From assembly GCF_009914755.1 (NCBI RefSeq), contig NC_060935.1: 64,000 nucleotides of DNA; one strand, 5' to 3'. Position numbers and translations under genes: made by a program. The notes below the pieces were generated by a model. It did no database searches. It was not told the DNA's origin and worked only from the letters and a program-made list of their open reading frames with translations. The DNA is from the human T2T-CHM13v2.0 reference genome, Homo sapiens. Each line of letters begins with the position of its first letter. The stretch's first letter is position 1. Shown here piece by piece: positions 38,083-51,118 of the stretch.

Positions 38083-39250
38083 TCATTCATTCATTCCTCA
38101 AATATCACGCAAATACCAGGAGCTCTGCAGGCACTGAGGATCCAGCAGTGAATAAGAGTTATGGTCTCTGCCCTCATGGACCTCAAATACAATGTGAAAA
38201 AAGATGAAAAGTAAGAAAATAATGAATAAATGGAAAAATGACACATTATCATAGCTGCCATGAAGGAAATCAATAGGACAAGGTGATGGAGAGTCACTTG
38301 GGGGCTCCTTTGGATGGAGTGGTCAAGGAAGGATTCCCTGAGAAGTTTAAGCTGAGCCCAGGAGGATGAAAAGGAACCAGATTTGTCAAAAACCAAGGAA
38401 AAAATGTTCCTGGTGTAGGGAACTGCGAGTGCAAGTGTCCTGAAGCAGGAAAGAGATTAGAGTTTACTGTGGCTGGAGCAGAGGCAGGGATAAGTCAGAC
38501 CTAAGGGGAGGTTTATTCTAAGTGCAAAGCCATTGGAGAGTTCTAAGCAAGGAAGAGGCACCATCTGATTTTCTCATTTACATTAAGCAGATCACTTTTC
38601 TGTGGAGAGGAGAATGCCTTGCAAGGGGCAAGGAGATCCACTAGGAAGCTATTGCAGAAGAGGGTGATAACTAGGGCTGGGGATGGCCATAGGGATGAGG
38701 AAAGTGGATGGTTTGAGGCAGAGCCAACTGGATTTGCTGAAGAACTGGCTGTGGGAGGTGGGTGCAGGGGTGAGAATTAAGTCTCCTGAAAGTGTGAAAC
38801 AGACCCCGTTTTCCTACTTGGATGATATGCGTGCTCCCAGAGGTGCCTCACCCTCCATCCTCACTCACTGGAATACTTCTGTTTGCTTTTGCCACTTGTC
38901 ACACTGGCTTCTCTGTGCTTGACACCCCAAACTCATTCCTACCTCAAGGCGTTGGCACTGCCTGGGCTGGTTGCCCTGAACTTCCCGTGGTTGGTAACTT
39001 CTTGACACTTGGGGCTCAGCTCAGCCATCTCCTCTCCCCTGCCCCAGCTGGCCTTTCTTGAACACACAACTTGTAGCCTGACCCACACCCTCCTCTACTC
39101 ACTCTATTACATTACCCTGTTTTATGCTCTTTACTTTCATGATCTGGAAAGATCTTGTTCATTTATCTGCTTGGGATTTTCCCCATCTGCTTCCACTAGA
39201 ATGTAAATTCCATGGGCAGGCAGCCCCTTGTCTGTCTCATTCAGCAGCTC
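38083..39250. mobile_element. Two L2 relics (minus ~38083-38800, plus ~38830-39250)
   Basis: (TTCA)n tail then caggcactgaggatccagcagtgaataag on one side; cactagaatgtaaattccatgggcagg on the other. Confidence 0.65.
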
Positions 39251-40379
39251 TAAAGGGCAAGGCTGGCTGGGGGTGGCCCTGCAGTGCTAGGCCTCCTCCA
39301 CAAGAGGGCGCACACAAAGTTTCTTTTCTGCTTTTGTCTAGACAATCTCTCCCGGAGTAAAATGAACAGAAAACAGACTCAAATTGCACACTTTACCTAG
39401 CTGGGTACACATGCTCTCATTTTTTTTTATATAGGTTTTTAATGTTTTGTTTGATAGTTTAAAACATGTTTTTCTGTGGAACTTCAGATGTTACCCTGAG
39501 ACAGGGGAAGGGGGGAATCATAGGGACTCCGTTCCCGTCGGGTACCTCTCCATCGTGTGCTATGCTTAGGCTGGCTTTTGCCCGAAAGAACCTGTACTTA
39601 TGTCTCCACTAACTGTAGCCAGTGATCTCCAAACAATTGGGACATAAATTAACATTTCCTTGATCCTAAGACCGTACTTGGCAATGACCCACAGATTTCT
39701 CAACCAACTGGGTAACTCTTGAGAAGGTTTCAGTTCAGTTTGATGAAAACAGGTGAGGGTTTAACCTATGTAATAATAAAGAACAGACAGTGCTGGTTGG
39801 TTATTCATCATTGCTCTATTATTGGAGGTAGCTTGAATTAGTGGAAAGAGCACTGGGAGATGCCAGATGTGGGTGTGAGTCTTCTTTTGAGTCTTGGCTC
39901 TGTCCATTTCTAGCTGAATGACTATAACTCTGTGAACCTGTCTCCTTCATTTGTGAGGATGACCAAGCTTTCATAGACATAAAAGGTATTTTGTAAAGAA
40001 GCATGCAGATGGTGGTGGTAGCACGTAGCGTGTTTATAATAATTGCTGCTAGCACAGTCATATTTGAGACCCCCTCACACTTGGACTGAAGGTGCCCCAT
40101 GAAATGTGGAGCTGAGAGGGGAGCTGAGGAGTGTTTGAATGTGTCACCTAGATAAGGAAGAGGGCCAGAAGTTGGTGCCTGGAACTGGGAAAGGAATCCA
40201 GGGAATCCCAGAGCTAGGAAAAGCAGCACAAGAGGAATGGGTCAGGCAAAAGGATGATTCTGGAAGAATATTTATGACTGTTTCCTGCTGCTGGCACAGG
40301 ATGCATTTAATAGCTGGGGGTGGACTGGACATTTTCTAAATTTTTGTCTAATAGGAAGTGTGTTGGCTTTCATAGAGGA

Positions 40380-41330
40380 AGCTTGAGATACTTCATCATT
40401 AGTAGGTACTTGGATTATTTTTCAAATCTGCCTGGTCATTTTTATATTCTTTTGTTCTTGACTCATTTTTTATTCTTTCTTTCTTGAATTAGTGGAAAGA
40501 GCACTGGACCATGCCAGAAGATGTGGGTGTGAGTCTTCTTTTGAGTCTTTCTTTAATATGTTTATTTAAACATATTAAACATAATTTTTCTATAGTCTAT
40601 ATGTATCCCAATATCTGAAGTCTTTGTGGGCCTGGTTCTATAATTTGCTGTTTCTGCTGCCACTGATTCATGGTGGTCTGTTTCCTTGCACACATCATTT
40701 TGATTGTGAGCCCCTAGTTTTTGGAATCTTATGATAATTCTATAAGGCTTGGCTTGAGGGTGCATTTCTGTAGGGAAGATTCCTGATTGCTTCTGTCAGG
40801 CGTCAGGACATACTGACAACAGAACAGAGTCCACTTTATTTTTTTCTTTTTCAAGGTCCACTTAAATTCAATTGATCATCTTGAGGGTTTTAAGACCATG
40901 TGTAAATTAGTGTCATTTCAGAATCCCTAGTTATGCAATGGTCAGCCAGTAGCACTGAAACCTCAGGGCACTATTTTCTCCCCCAACTACTGTAAATCAA
41001 GGTGGACACAGACACTTTTCCTTGCTGCTTAGTTATACTGTGCAGGTTTTATGTTTCGTTTGTTTTATTTTTCATCAATCATCCTTTTTCTCAGAGAGTA
41101 TAGCTGTTTCTGAGTCCTGGCTTTATTCAGAAGGCTCTCTAATTTGACTCCCTGCACTGCATGGATATAAGGATTAGTGCAGAATCACCCCTTCATTCCT
41201 AGTAAAGTCCTGTGTGTAACAGGTCTAGGCCACCAGACGGTACAGAATTCCCCGGAGTGTGTGATAGTTTCTTCCCATGTATTCACTTGGGTCTGACTTT
41301 ACTTCTGGCCTTAGATTCCTCTTCCTTTAT
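40380..41330 (-). mobile_element. Ancient L1M relic
   Basis: T-rich antisense L1 pattern (atatctgaagtctttgtggg...ttttgattgtgagc). Confidence 0.45.
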
Positions 41331-43968
41331 ATGTTAGATCCTCACAGCAATCCCCAAAGGTATTTGTTTTAAAGATAAGTACACTAAGGATCAGAGATGT
41401 TAAGCAAATTTCCCAAAGTCACAAAGCTAATGAGTTGTTAAGCTGAGATTTGAATTCAAGCCTTCTGATGCCTCAAGATATATATTTTCAGCTACATCCA
41501 TCTCTTTAACTTGTAGGACTTAGTCTTGGGAAGGGTTGTCTCAGGGTTGACGCAGGTGGTGGAGAGGGCTATACATGGCCCTGTGGCTCCAGAGGATGGA
41601 CCCTTGAGCAGTGGGTGAGAATTACACAGAGATAAATGGAGGCTGGAGATCTGGAGCAGCTTCCAGCAAGTGTCTGACAATGAGAGGGAGTGAGTTCCCC
41701 ATCGCTAGGGGTGTGAGATGACCATCTCTTCAAAAAACCCCTGCCTGGGGTGGCTGCAGAGAGCAACCTCTGAGTGTCCTTTGGCTCTGATAGCCTTAGC
41801 CACTGTCATTCTCTTGGTCAGCCCTGGACATCCCTGGAAAGGATGACTCAGCTGTCCGTTTTAAACAGGGTAGTTCAGAAGAATACATTCCTGGTTATTC
41901 AAGTTTCTAGGGAGTCCTTGGGAAAGGCTCGGTTGATGAGGAAATCGTTGGGGGGTGATTAACAACTCTTGGATCAGCTCCTTCCTCCTTTGCCAGCCTC
42001 ACCCAGCAGCCTTTCACAGGGGCCTGTTTTCTTCTAAACACACAGAATGAAAGAATGTGACACATCAGGTTTTAATCTTGGGTCTCAGCCCAGAAAAAAA
42101 TTTGAAACCTGAAACAAGTGAAACCCATTAATTTACAATTAAATTTCAAAGGGTTGTTCCCCCAAAGTGCCTACTTCCAACCAAATAATTTGAGCTCAGA
42201 GCCATAAATTATGTGATGTGTTTTGTCCCCAGCCTGCGAAGTGTGCTGGATTAGTAGCCCAGCCTGGGGCTTCCAGCTATCTCCTCCTTCAGACTGAAAG
42301 TCTTCTAAACTATGAATGGTACAAGTAATGATTCTCATTTGTACAGAAGTTGCAATTGACAGAGCACTTCCATGTTACTCACATTTGAGCCTCCAAAGAC
42401 TCCATGTGGGATAAGGCATTACATAGATGAGGAACACAAGTCTTGGGGAGATGGAAACGTTGAGGGACTTGAGCAAGACACACGGTTTCTAAGGAGCAGA
42501 TCCAGGACCTGAATCCAGATTTCTTGATTCTCTTTTCAGAGAAGATAATTTAACTACTTTCATCAGTGCAGCCTCCTCAGAATAATTAAATCTTATGCAG
42601 GAGAAGAATTTAATTTTTATAACTGGAAACAAAAATGCTTCAATAGATCCTCTTAGGCTACAACCATTCCCAATCTCCCTCCATTACTCCTCCCCTGTAT
42701 CCCAGCAGAAAACCCTTTTAGGGCTCCACTGTGGTTATAACAATGTGCATTCCTCTTCTCACAAGTGACGACAGTGTCACGTGGTGGCTGAGCGCACAGG
42801 GCCAAGTCCTGCCTCCTCTTCAGCTGTGGCCTTGGACAAGTTAGCTAACCAACCTGAAGCTCAACTTCACACTGCTGACCTTGAGGGGATGTGGTGATGA
42901 CTAAATGACATAAAGTACTGGAGAGCTTAGCACAGTCTGCAGCATGTAAGTGCCCCATAAATGCAGATTGAACATAGCTGTACAAAACAAGGACTGTAGG
43001 TCAAACCCCAGGACTGCAAAGACTCCATTCATTCCAGCAGCTTTGACTGAACACGTGCTTTGTGCCAGACGCTTCCGTGTCATTACTCATTGACTCCTCA
43101 CAACAATCCTATGAGGCAGGTGTTATTATTCCCATTATACACATGGGGAAATTGAGGCTTACTTGCCAGCTACTTTGCTTTCATCTGTGTCAGAGCTGGG
43201 ATTTGAATTCAACTCTGTGTGACTTTTGTTCCAGTACTCTACTGTGCAGTATGCAGAGATTTGGAGAGAGTACATTATAGATTAGGAGTGGTGACAGGAA
43301 CCCCTAAATTGGGGTGTCTAGGGACTGGACCTGAGCTGTGGCTCTTCCACACTTGCTCTGCAGCTTTAAGCCAGACACATCAGTTTTCTGGGTCTTGGTG
43401 GCTTCATCTGTAATCCAAAGAGTTTGGAAAGATCATCTCAAAGATCCTTTCCAGCTCTGGCCTGCTAAGAAGCTCCTCAGATTTCAGAAAAGACTCACGG
43501 ATATGATGCTGGAACAGAGGAAGCATACCAGTGGCCCCTGAAATTTCAAATCAGTTTTGCCTTTTGAACTCTGAGTTTCTGCATGAATTCAGAATCTGCC
43601 AGAGGAAAACTCTCTAATTATCCTACAGGGATTAGCCCAGCTAGTAATTACCCATATTATTTTTAATTGCATTTTATAAGGTACCTTTCATCCAAGATCT
43701 CAAAGGGCTTCTCAAATATTCATTAGCTGAACCCCACCTCCTCCCTGTGTGGATATGAAAGACAGAGACTGATTTTAATGTCAGAAAGAAGATGTGGCAG
43801 GGAGAGAAAAAGGGACTGAGATCCTGGGAGTAATATTACCTCTGAGTTTAAAGGAGAGAAGAGCAGAAATATGCCAGAGAAATGCTCACCTTTGGAAGGA
43901 GTTCATGGGATATTTGGTCAAGAGCAGATGGGTCAGGAAATGTTCCTCCTTTTTAAAAAATCAACTTC

Positions 43969-44366
43969 TGCCAGGGATGGTGGCTCACACCTGTAATCTC
44001 AGCACTTTGGGAGGCTGAGGCAGGAGGAATACTTGAGCCCAAGAGTTCATGCAATCAACTTGAACTCCTGTTTTGTTTTGTTTTGTAGAGATGGGGTCTC
44101 ACTATGTCCTAGGCAACATAGTGAGACCCCATCTCTACAAAACAAAAAAAAAACAAAAACAAAAACAAGAAATTAGCCAGATGTGGGTGGCATGTGCCTA
44201 TAGTCCCAGTTATTTGAGAGGCTGAGGTGGAAGGATCACTTGAGTCCAGGAGTTGGAGGCTGCTGTGAGCCGTGATGGTGCCACTGCACTCCAGCCTGGG
44301 CAACAGAGTAAGACCCTGACAAAAACAAAACAAAACAAAAAACCAAAAAGAAACAAACAAAAAAAA
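43969..44366 (+). mobile_element. AluJ with an internal inverted duplication
   Basis: AluJ features (caacatagtgagacccc, gaggctgctgtgagccgtgat). Extra sequence at 44050-44107 forms a perfect hairpin. Confidence 0.92.
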
Positions 44367-45944
44367 CCTTCTGTCTGTAAGTGCTTAAGAGAGGGTCATT
44401 CGGTTTATTGCAGTTCAATTCCATTGAATCATTGGCTTTATTTCACTTTAGACTTATTCATCATCAGCTGTCCTTTGAGGAGTCAGCAGCATTCAGACAT
44501 GTGCTACATAATGTGAAGGATGTAAGTGAAGCAAGATTGCAGATTTGGGCACGTTGGTTTAAGCAGCAAAGGCCACAGGAACCTCCCAGAAGAGCCCTAA
44601 TAGGCTTCCTTAAATGAATGGCTGAAGCCAAGGCCAAGATGTTCAGCATGTGGCCAATGGTTGCCACAATACTTCCCTGGCAGTAGGTAGAGAAAAAGTA
44701 AATCTGGGCACATATGCTAAGTCCAGGAACCCGACTGACAAATGACATCAAAAGATCATTTTGAGTAGCTCATTATGGGGCCACTCCTCTCCTTCACTCC
44801 CAACTCCCCTCCACCAAGGAGCTAGGGTACTCTTACTAAGTTCCAATCATTCTTGTTCCAATGAGTGGATAGAGGATGTCACTGTGGAGTCTGAGAAGCT
44901 TCACTCGGGTTGGATGAGGAGCCAGCAGTCTTCTCAGCTGGTCCGTGAGTTTCTGAAAGACAGGACTCTGCCTACCTACTCACCATTCTTTCCCCAGCAC
45001 ACTAGCTGGGTGCAGAAGGGTGGATGTTCAGAACATATTTGCTGGCTAAAGGAAGGGATCACGAAGCTACCACCCTATTTCTGGCCTTGCAACGTGGTCT
45101 GAAACAGCCAGAGGAGGATCCTTTCCTTCGTCAGCTTGGAGATGTCTAGATCCAGAGGACAGCCAGGGCCACACAGCTCCATTGACTTCAGAAGCCAAAG
45201 ATGGAAGCCATTGCTAAACTAAGTCCCAATGACCCAGTGACTGAGGGCCCCAGGTGAGGTGGTGTGGAAGGCAAGGCAGGTGCTGTGAGGTAGCAAAGAG
45301 GAAGACTGTCCTGGATACTGGGTCCTTTAGCAGGAAGGTTGGGACCAGTGGGGTAGGACTTTCAACTATTTCACTGTTGGGGGCACTTAGGGCCCTAGTT
45401 CCCTTGTTGGTGCTCTTGGGATAAAATGGCCTAGAGGGATGTGGGTGACAGAAAGATGCGTCATGGTCTTGCCCCTGAAAAGCCAGTGGTTTTATTTTGG
45501 AGATTAGACTCACACAGAGAGCAGTTAGAGCACAATGCAAGAAGGATACTTGTCTCTGACTAAACTGGGAGATCCCTGTGTGGAGAGAGAGGTCTTATTC
45601 ATTGCAGTATTTCTTGTTGGGCCTGACAAAGGCCTGGGCACTTTTTCTGCTCCAAATACACCTAATGGTTAGTTGTCAGGTTGCATGGCCTGAAAAGTTA
45701 AGTGGCATAAGTCAGAAAAGGGAGGAACCTGGAGGCCAAATGCTGGCGAAGGCTTGGAGAAGGAGGAAGAGCCACAGATGGGTGCTGAATAAGGGACAAG
45801 TGAAAAGCATAAGCCCCACTTTGTCAAAGAGCTTTCACATCACAAGAAATCTATGCAGTGAGGACAGCCATGGGAGGGGGCTGAGAGGTTCCAAGTGGCA
45901 AAGGAACTGCCTTGTAGTCACCCAGCAAGAGGACTTCCAAGATT

Positions 45945-46420
45945 TTTGCCTGCCCAGCATCCATTTCTTTCTCTTCTGGGAATGCCACCCTGTCTTCACT
46001 CTGAGTCCATGCATTTCACTGTACAAGACATCATCTCTGGACTTTGTGGGTGGGTCCAGGGCAGACCTGACCAGTTGGAGAACTGTACCCTCTTTGCCAC
46101 AGGATTTGTTCAGGGATGAGCAAATGACTCAAGCTGGGCCAATGAGAACCCTCTCAAGAACTTTTTCTAGAACTCTTGGGGGAAAGACACTCGTTTGGAG
46201 GTTGCAAAGCTGGAATAATGTAAGGCTGGAGGTGCTGATGGTAAATCTGGCCACTGGATGGGGAAAGACTAGGTAAGGATGATGTTAACATGAAAGAAAC
46301 CAGAGCTGCAAGACAAAGACTCATGATAATTTTTCAGATATATTAATCAATACATTTCTTTTTTATTTCCCTGTTCGCCACTTTAAGTTTCTGTCACTTG
46401 TAACTGAAAAAATCTTTGCT
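45945..46420 (+). mobile_element. Old MaLR LTR (MLT1K-like)
   Basis: ttcagggatgagcaaatgactcaagctgggccaatgaga and the terminal tttctgtcacttgtaactgaaa. Confidence 0.6.
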
Positions 46421-46502
46421 CATATGCTTAGCTGATAAATGATGTTGCAGACCAGATCCTGGGTCTCCTACTTCTTTGTCAAGCTCCCTCCTGATGATTT
46501 TA

Positions 46503-46672
46503 CCCATTCATCATCCATCCATCCATCCATCCATCTTTCATCCACTCATCCCTCCATCCATCCATCTTTCATCCACTCATCCCTCCATCCTAGTCATCCA
46601 TCCATTTACTAAATTATCCTCCCACTTATCCATCCTTCCATTTATTCATTCATCATCCATGCATCCAACTCA
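46503..46672 (+). repeat. Degenerate (CCAT)n microsatellite
   Basis: Runs of catccatccatcc. Confidence 0.9.
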
Positions 46673-47450
46673 TATACATTTAATGTATATAGAAGTTGCT
46701 CAATGCACATTTTTGAATGAATTAATGAATAATTTGTCATGATTTATTTAATGGCAAAGGTACATCTACCTGCCTTTTAATCCTATGTGGAAATTGGTCG
46801 ACAAAGGGTAAACCAAGTTATAAACTCAGAACTTGGAACTCCATCAGGAAATCAGTCTCCCAAGGCAATACTGAATTTCATCAATGTCATCAGCATACAG
46901 CCAGACATGAGCCTTTCTTTGCCAAACATGATTTGGTCATGCTGATGCTGCAGCCCAAACGGGAGGGTCTGGAATGTCACTGACAAACATGTGGGTTTTC
47001 CTCTTGGAGGCGATGCTCATACCGTGAGCTGTCTAGTGACATGAGTAAGAATTGCCAAGAAGGACTTACTACCTATTTTGCTCTTTGTACCTCAGTGGCC
47101 ACTTTAGGCACAGAGCTGCCCAAGAACCACAGAGATGAGTGCCAACTCTTTCAGGATGACTCTGTAACACTTCAGTCAGAGCATGTAGAAATAAAGCAGT
47201 CACCTATTTCAAACTCCTGTGTTTCCAAGGAAAACTGCAACTCCCAGAGAAAAAGGGATATGACCAAGGGCACATAAAGAATTACAAGGAGAGACTAGAT
47301 CTGAACTCCTGACTTCCAGCCTGGTGCTTTTCCTACTACACCACTCTCCATCCTTGGACCACATTCCCAAACAGGTGGAGTACATCTCAAAGGGCTCGTT
47401 TCCTCTTTGGAAATGTGGAAATGTGGTCCAGGGTAAGCTGCAGGCACTAG

Positions 47451-47762
<312 letters not shown>

Positions 47763-48119
47763 AGACTATATTTCAAAGATGTTCTTCACATTGCTGTCAT
47801 CTGCTTGTGAACCACATGCCACAGTAAGGATGCATGAACATCACGGTCACAGGATTTGTAAGATGGGACCTCAAGAGCCACACTTCCCAACTTCTTTCTG
47901 CTGTTTGGATGTCCTCTACAGCACCCAGTGGTCTGCTTGTCAGATTTATAGGTGGCAGAGACAAGGGGGGAAAGAACTGTGCTCTTGGTCCCCTTTCTCT
48001 CCTGACTCCTCCAGGACATAAATCCATCAGTTGCCTCCTCTCTCCCTCTTAAACTTTCTGCCTTTTCCTCCTTCAATCTTTCCTCTTGGTTAACAAATAT
48101 TTTGGGTCTCCTTCTCTTC

Positions 48120-48599
48120 TTTTTCACTTTATTTTATTTATTTAAATTTTCAATTCAGAGGTACACGTGCAGGTTTGTTACATATATACATTGCATGATG
48201 CTGAGGTTTGGGCCTCTAATGATCTCATTGCCCAAGTAGCAAACATAATACCTGATAGGTAGTTTTTCAATCCTTATTTCTCTTTCTCCCTTCCCCCTTT
48301 TGGTATCCCCAGTGTCTACTGTTTCCATATTTGTGCCTGTGTGTACCCAATGTTTAGCTCCCACTTATAAATGAGAACATGCATTATTTGGTTTTCTGTT
48401 TCTGTGATAATTCACTTAGGATAATGACCTCCAGCTGCATCCATGTTGCTGCAAAAGACATGATGTTATTCTTTTTTATGGGCTGTATAGTATTTCAGGT
48501 GTGTATGTACCAAATTTTCTTTATCCAATTCACCATTGATGGGCACCTGGGTTGATTCCATGTCTTTGCTATTGTGAAGAGTACTGTGATAAACATACA
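48120..48599 (-). mobile_element. L1PA16-like 3' fragment
   Basis: gatgctgaggtttggg...aggtagtttttcaatcct 3' UTR, with an approximate TSD ggtctcct at 48105 and 48600. Confidence 0.85.
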
Positions 48600-48819
48600 G
48601 GTCTCCTCTTAAAGAAAATAAATTGATAAACAATAATTCTTTTGATTTTGCCATGTGCCCAGTTACCTTCTTATCACTCTCATTTTTTCCAACACATTTT
48701 TTGAAATAGTCATTTCTGCCTGTTGTCCCTTCCTTATGATCTACCTGTTCCTAAACTTTTGGTATCTTCTTTTCTCTCAGGGGTCACTAATGACCTCCCC
48801 AGTGTGAAATCTTTTTGAC

Positions 48820-49118
48820 ATTTTTGGGTGTGTGTGTGAGACAAAGTCTCACTGTCGCCCATCTTGTGAGATCTATGTGTGATCTTGGCTCACTGCAACT
48901 TCAGCCTCCCATGTTCAAGCAATTCTCCTAACTCAGATTCCCAAGTAGTTAGGATTACAGGCGTGTGCCACCACGCCCAGCTATTTTTTATATTCTCAGT
49001 AGAAACAGGCTTTCACCATGTTGTCCTGGCTGGTCTCGAACTCCTGACCTCAAGTGATCCGCCCTCCTCGGCCTCCCAAAATGCTGGGATTACAGGTGTA
49101 AGCGACTGCGCGCAGCCC
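48820..49118 (-). mobile_element. AluS-like with a (TG)n-decayed tail
   Basis: Antisense Alu dimer. Confidence 0.9.
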
Positions 49119-50158
49119 TTTTTGTCTCTTTTTAGCCTTAAATTTTCTTGTTGCCTTTGTATCATTTCAGATGTTGATCACCCAGTACTCAATCTCCCTT
49201 GATAGGTGGTTACCCCCATTCGCTTTCTTTGCCTTGGGCTTTGCTTCTGATTACAACTTTGTGTTCGCTTCCTTGGATCATTTGTTTTAAGTCTCTTCCA
49301 GAGACCCTGTCCATCCATTGATAGATTTGTCCATTCCATTCTTAATTGAGCATGAGGTACTGTGCCAGGAACTGGAGATTTAGAGTGAATCACACATCAT
49401 TCTTGACCTCAGTGAGCTTACCTTCTATTGACAGAGACAGCTAAGTTCATCTCAACACCATGTGATGCTATATGCTGGACCAGTTACTTCATAGATTCAA
49501 AGAAATGCAGAAATGGGAGCTAAAAGGGACATGAAGATCTCTAATGCAGGTCTCAATTTTACAGAAGAGGAAATTGAGGCACAGAGAGAGGGCATCAGTC
49601 GCCTGTGGGCCTACAAAGAATTGGTGAGGAGGTAAGAAAGTTTCTTCAAATAAATTATTCAGAGAATGGCCAATGATTACTTTTCTAGTGAAATAAGACG
49701 GTATTGGGATACAAAAAACTATCTGGAGTTTGCTGTGAGTTACAAATACATTTCACTGAGTTCTTTCTGTAACCAAAGACCCACCATTGGACCCGTGTCT
49801 TTCTCCAAATACTCCGACAAGAGGTCATGTGGCAGAGATCCCAGAATTGGGCCTTTTTTTATCGAAAGGAAGAGAAACAATACTTACTCAACACGTAATC
49901 CGGGCAAGGAAATTAAGGCCCTAAAGTTAGGTGACTCACATCAATTTTAAAGCAAAACCAGGACTGAAACTCAGATTTCCTGTTCCTTGCCTCCTGTTCC
50001 TTTCGTGAGGTCAAGAGCCACAAGCTGACTGTGTGAGCTGGAATGCTGGGCTACCATCTGCCCAGGGAAGAGGCTGTGAGCCTACTGAGTTTGGCAGCCC
50101 CCTTGAAGAAACTATGTGTGCGTTTGGATAAGAACCTGCGCCAATCTTTACCCCTAGA

Positions 50159-50304
50159 CAGAGCCAGTGTCATGGGCATGCAACCTGTGATGTTGCATGG
50201 GACCCCATGCTTAGAAGGACCCTGTGGTTGGCTTAATGTTGCCATCTTAAAATTCTTGGTGATTTGTAAAAAATGAGGTACTGCAAATTATGTAGCCATT
50301 TTTG
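50159..50304 (+). mobile_element. MER91A-like hAT MITE
   Basis: catgggcatgcaacctgtg...cttagaaggaccc...gccatcttaaaattctt...gcaaattatgtagcc. Confidence 0.65.
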
Positions 50305-50500
50305 CTCCCAGATTCTAGCTTTTATTATTGCCACTCAAAGCACTTCCCAGGTCTTACATCTGAGTAGTTCAATCCTCTCTGCCCATATCACTGTAGGAAG
50401 GGCTATTGGAAAGATCACCTGAAAGTGAGCTAATGCTAGGCCAGCCAGGTGCCTGTCTAGATGCCCTGGACTGCTTCCTGGAAGAGTTTTTGCCTCTCTA

Positions 50501-51118
50501 TGTTACCGGAAAGGGGTCTCAATCCAGACCCCAAGAGAGGGTTCTTGGATCTTGCACAAGAAAAAATTTGAGGTGAATCCATAAAGTGAAAGCAAGTTTA
50601 TTAAGAAAGTAAAGGAATAGACAATGGCTACTCCATAGGTAGAGTAGTGGCAGAGGCCACTCAGCTGCTTGTACTTATTGTTACTTCTTGATTATATGCT
50701 AAACAAGGGGTGGATTATTTATGAGTTTTCCAGGAAAGGGGTGGGCAATTCCCGGAACTGAGGGTTCCCCCCCTTTTTAGACCATAGGGTAACCTCCTGA
50801 AATTGCCATGGCATTTGTAAACTGTCATGGCACTGGTGGCAGTGTCTTTTAGCATGCTAATTAGCATATAATGAGCAGTGAGGACAACCAGAGGTCACTT
50901 TTATCGCCATCTTTGTTTTGGTGCGTTTTGGCTGGCTTCTTTACTTCATCCTGTTATATCAGCAAGGTCTTTATGAGCTGTATCCCGTGATGACCTGCTG
51001 TGTGATCCTGTGACAGTGAATGCCTTAACCTCCTGGAAATGCAGCCCAGTAGGTCTCAGCCTTATTTTACCCAGTCTCTATTCAAAATGGAGTCACTCTA
51101 GTTCAAACGTTTCTGACA
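50501..51118 (-). mobile_element. MER41B-like ERV1 solo LTR
   Basis: The minus strand starts TGTCAGAAACGTTTGAACTAGAGTGACTCCATTTTGAATAG and ends GGATTGAGACCCCTTTCCGGTAACA. It is 618 bp with TSD TCTA/CCTA and tandem GAS motifs. Confidence 0.88.

Noticed and set aside
45578-46276. 232-aa plus-strand ORF
   Set aside because: GTG start, half of it lies in an MLT1 LTR relic, and it has no recognisable domain. Likely chance.
46476-46742. His/Pro/Ser-rich 88-aa ORF
   Set aside because: Translation of the (CCAT)n repeat.
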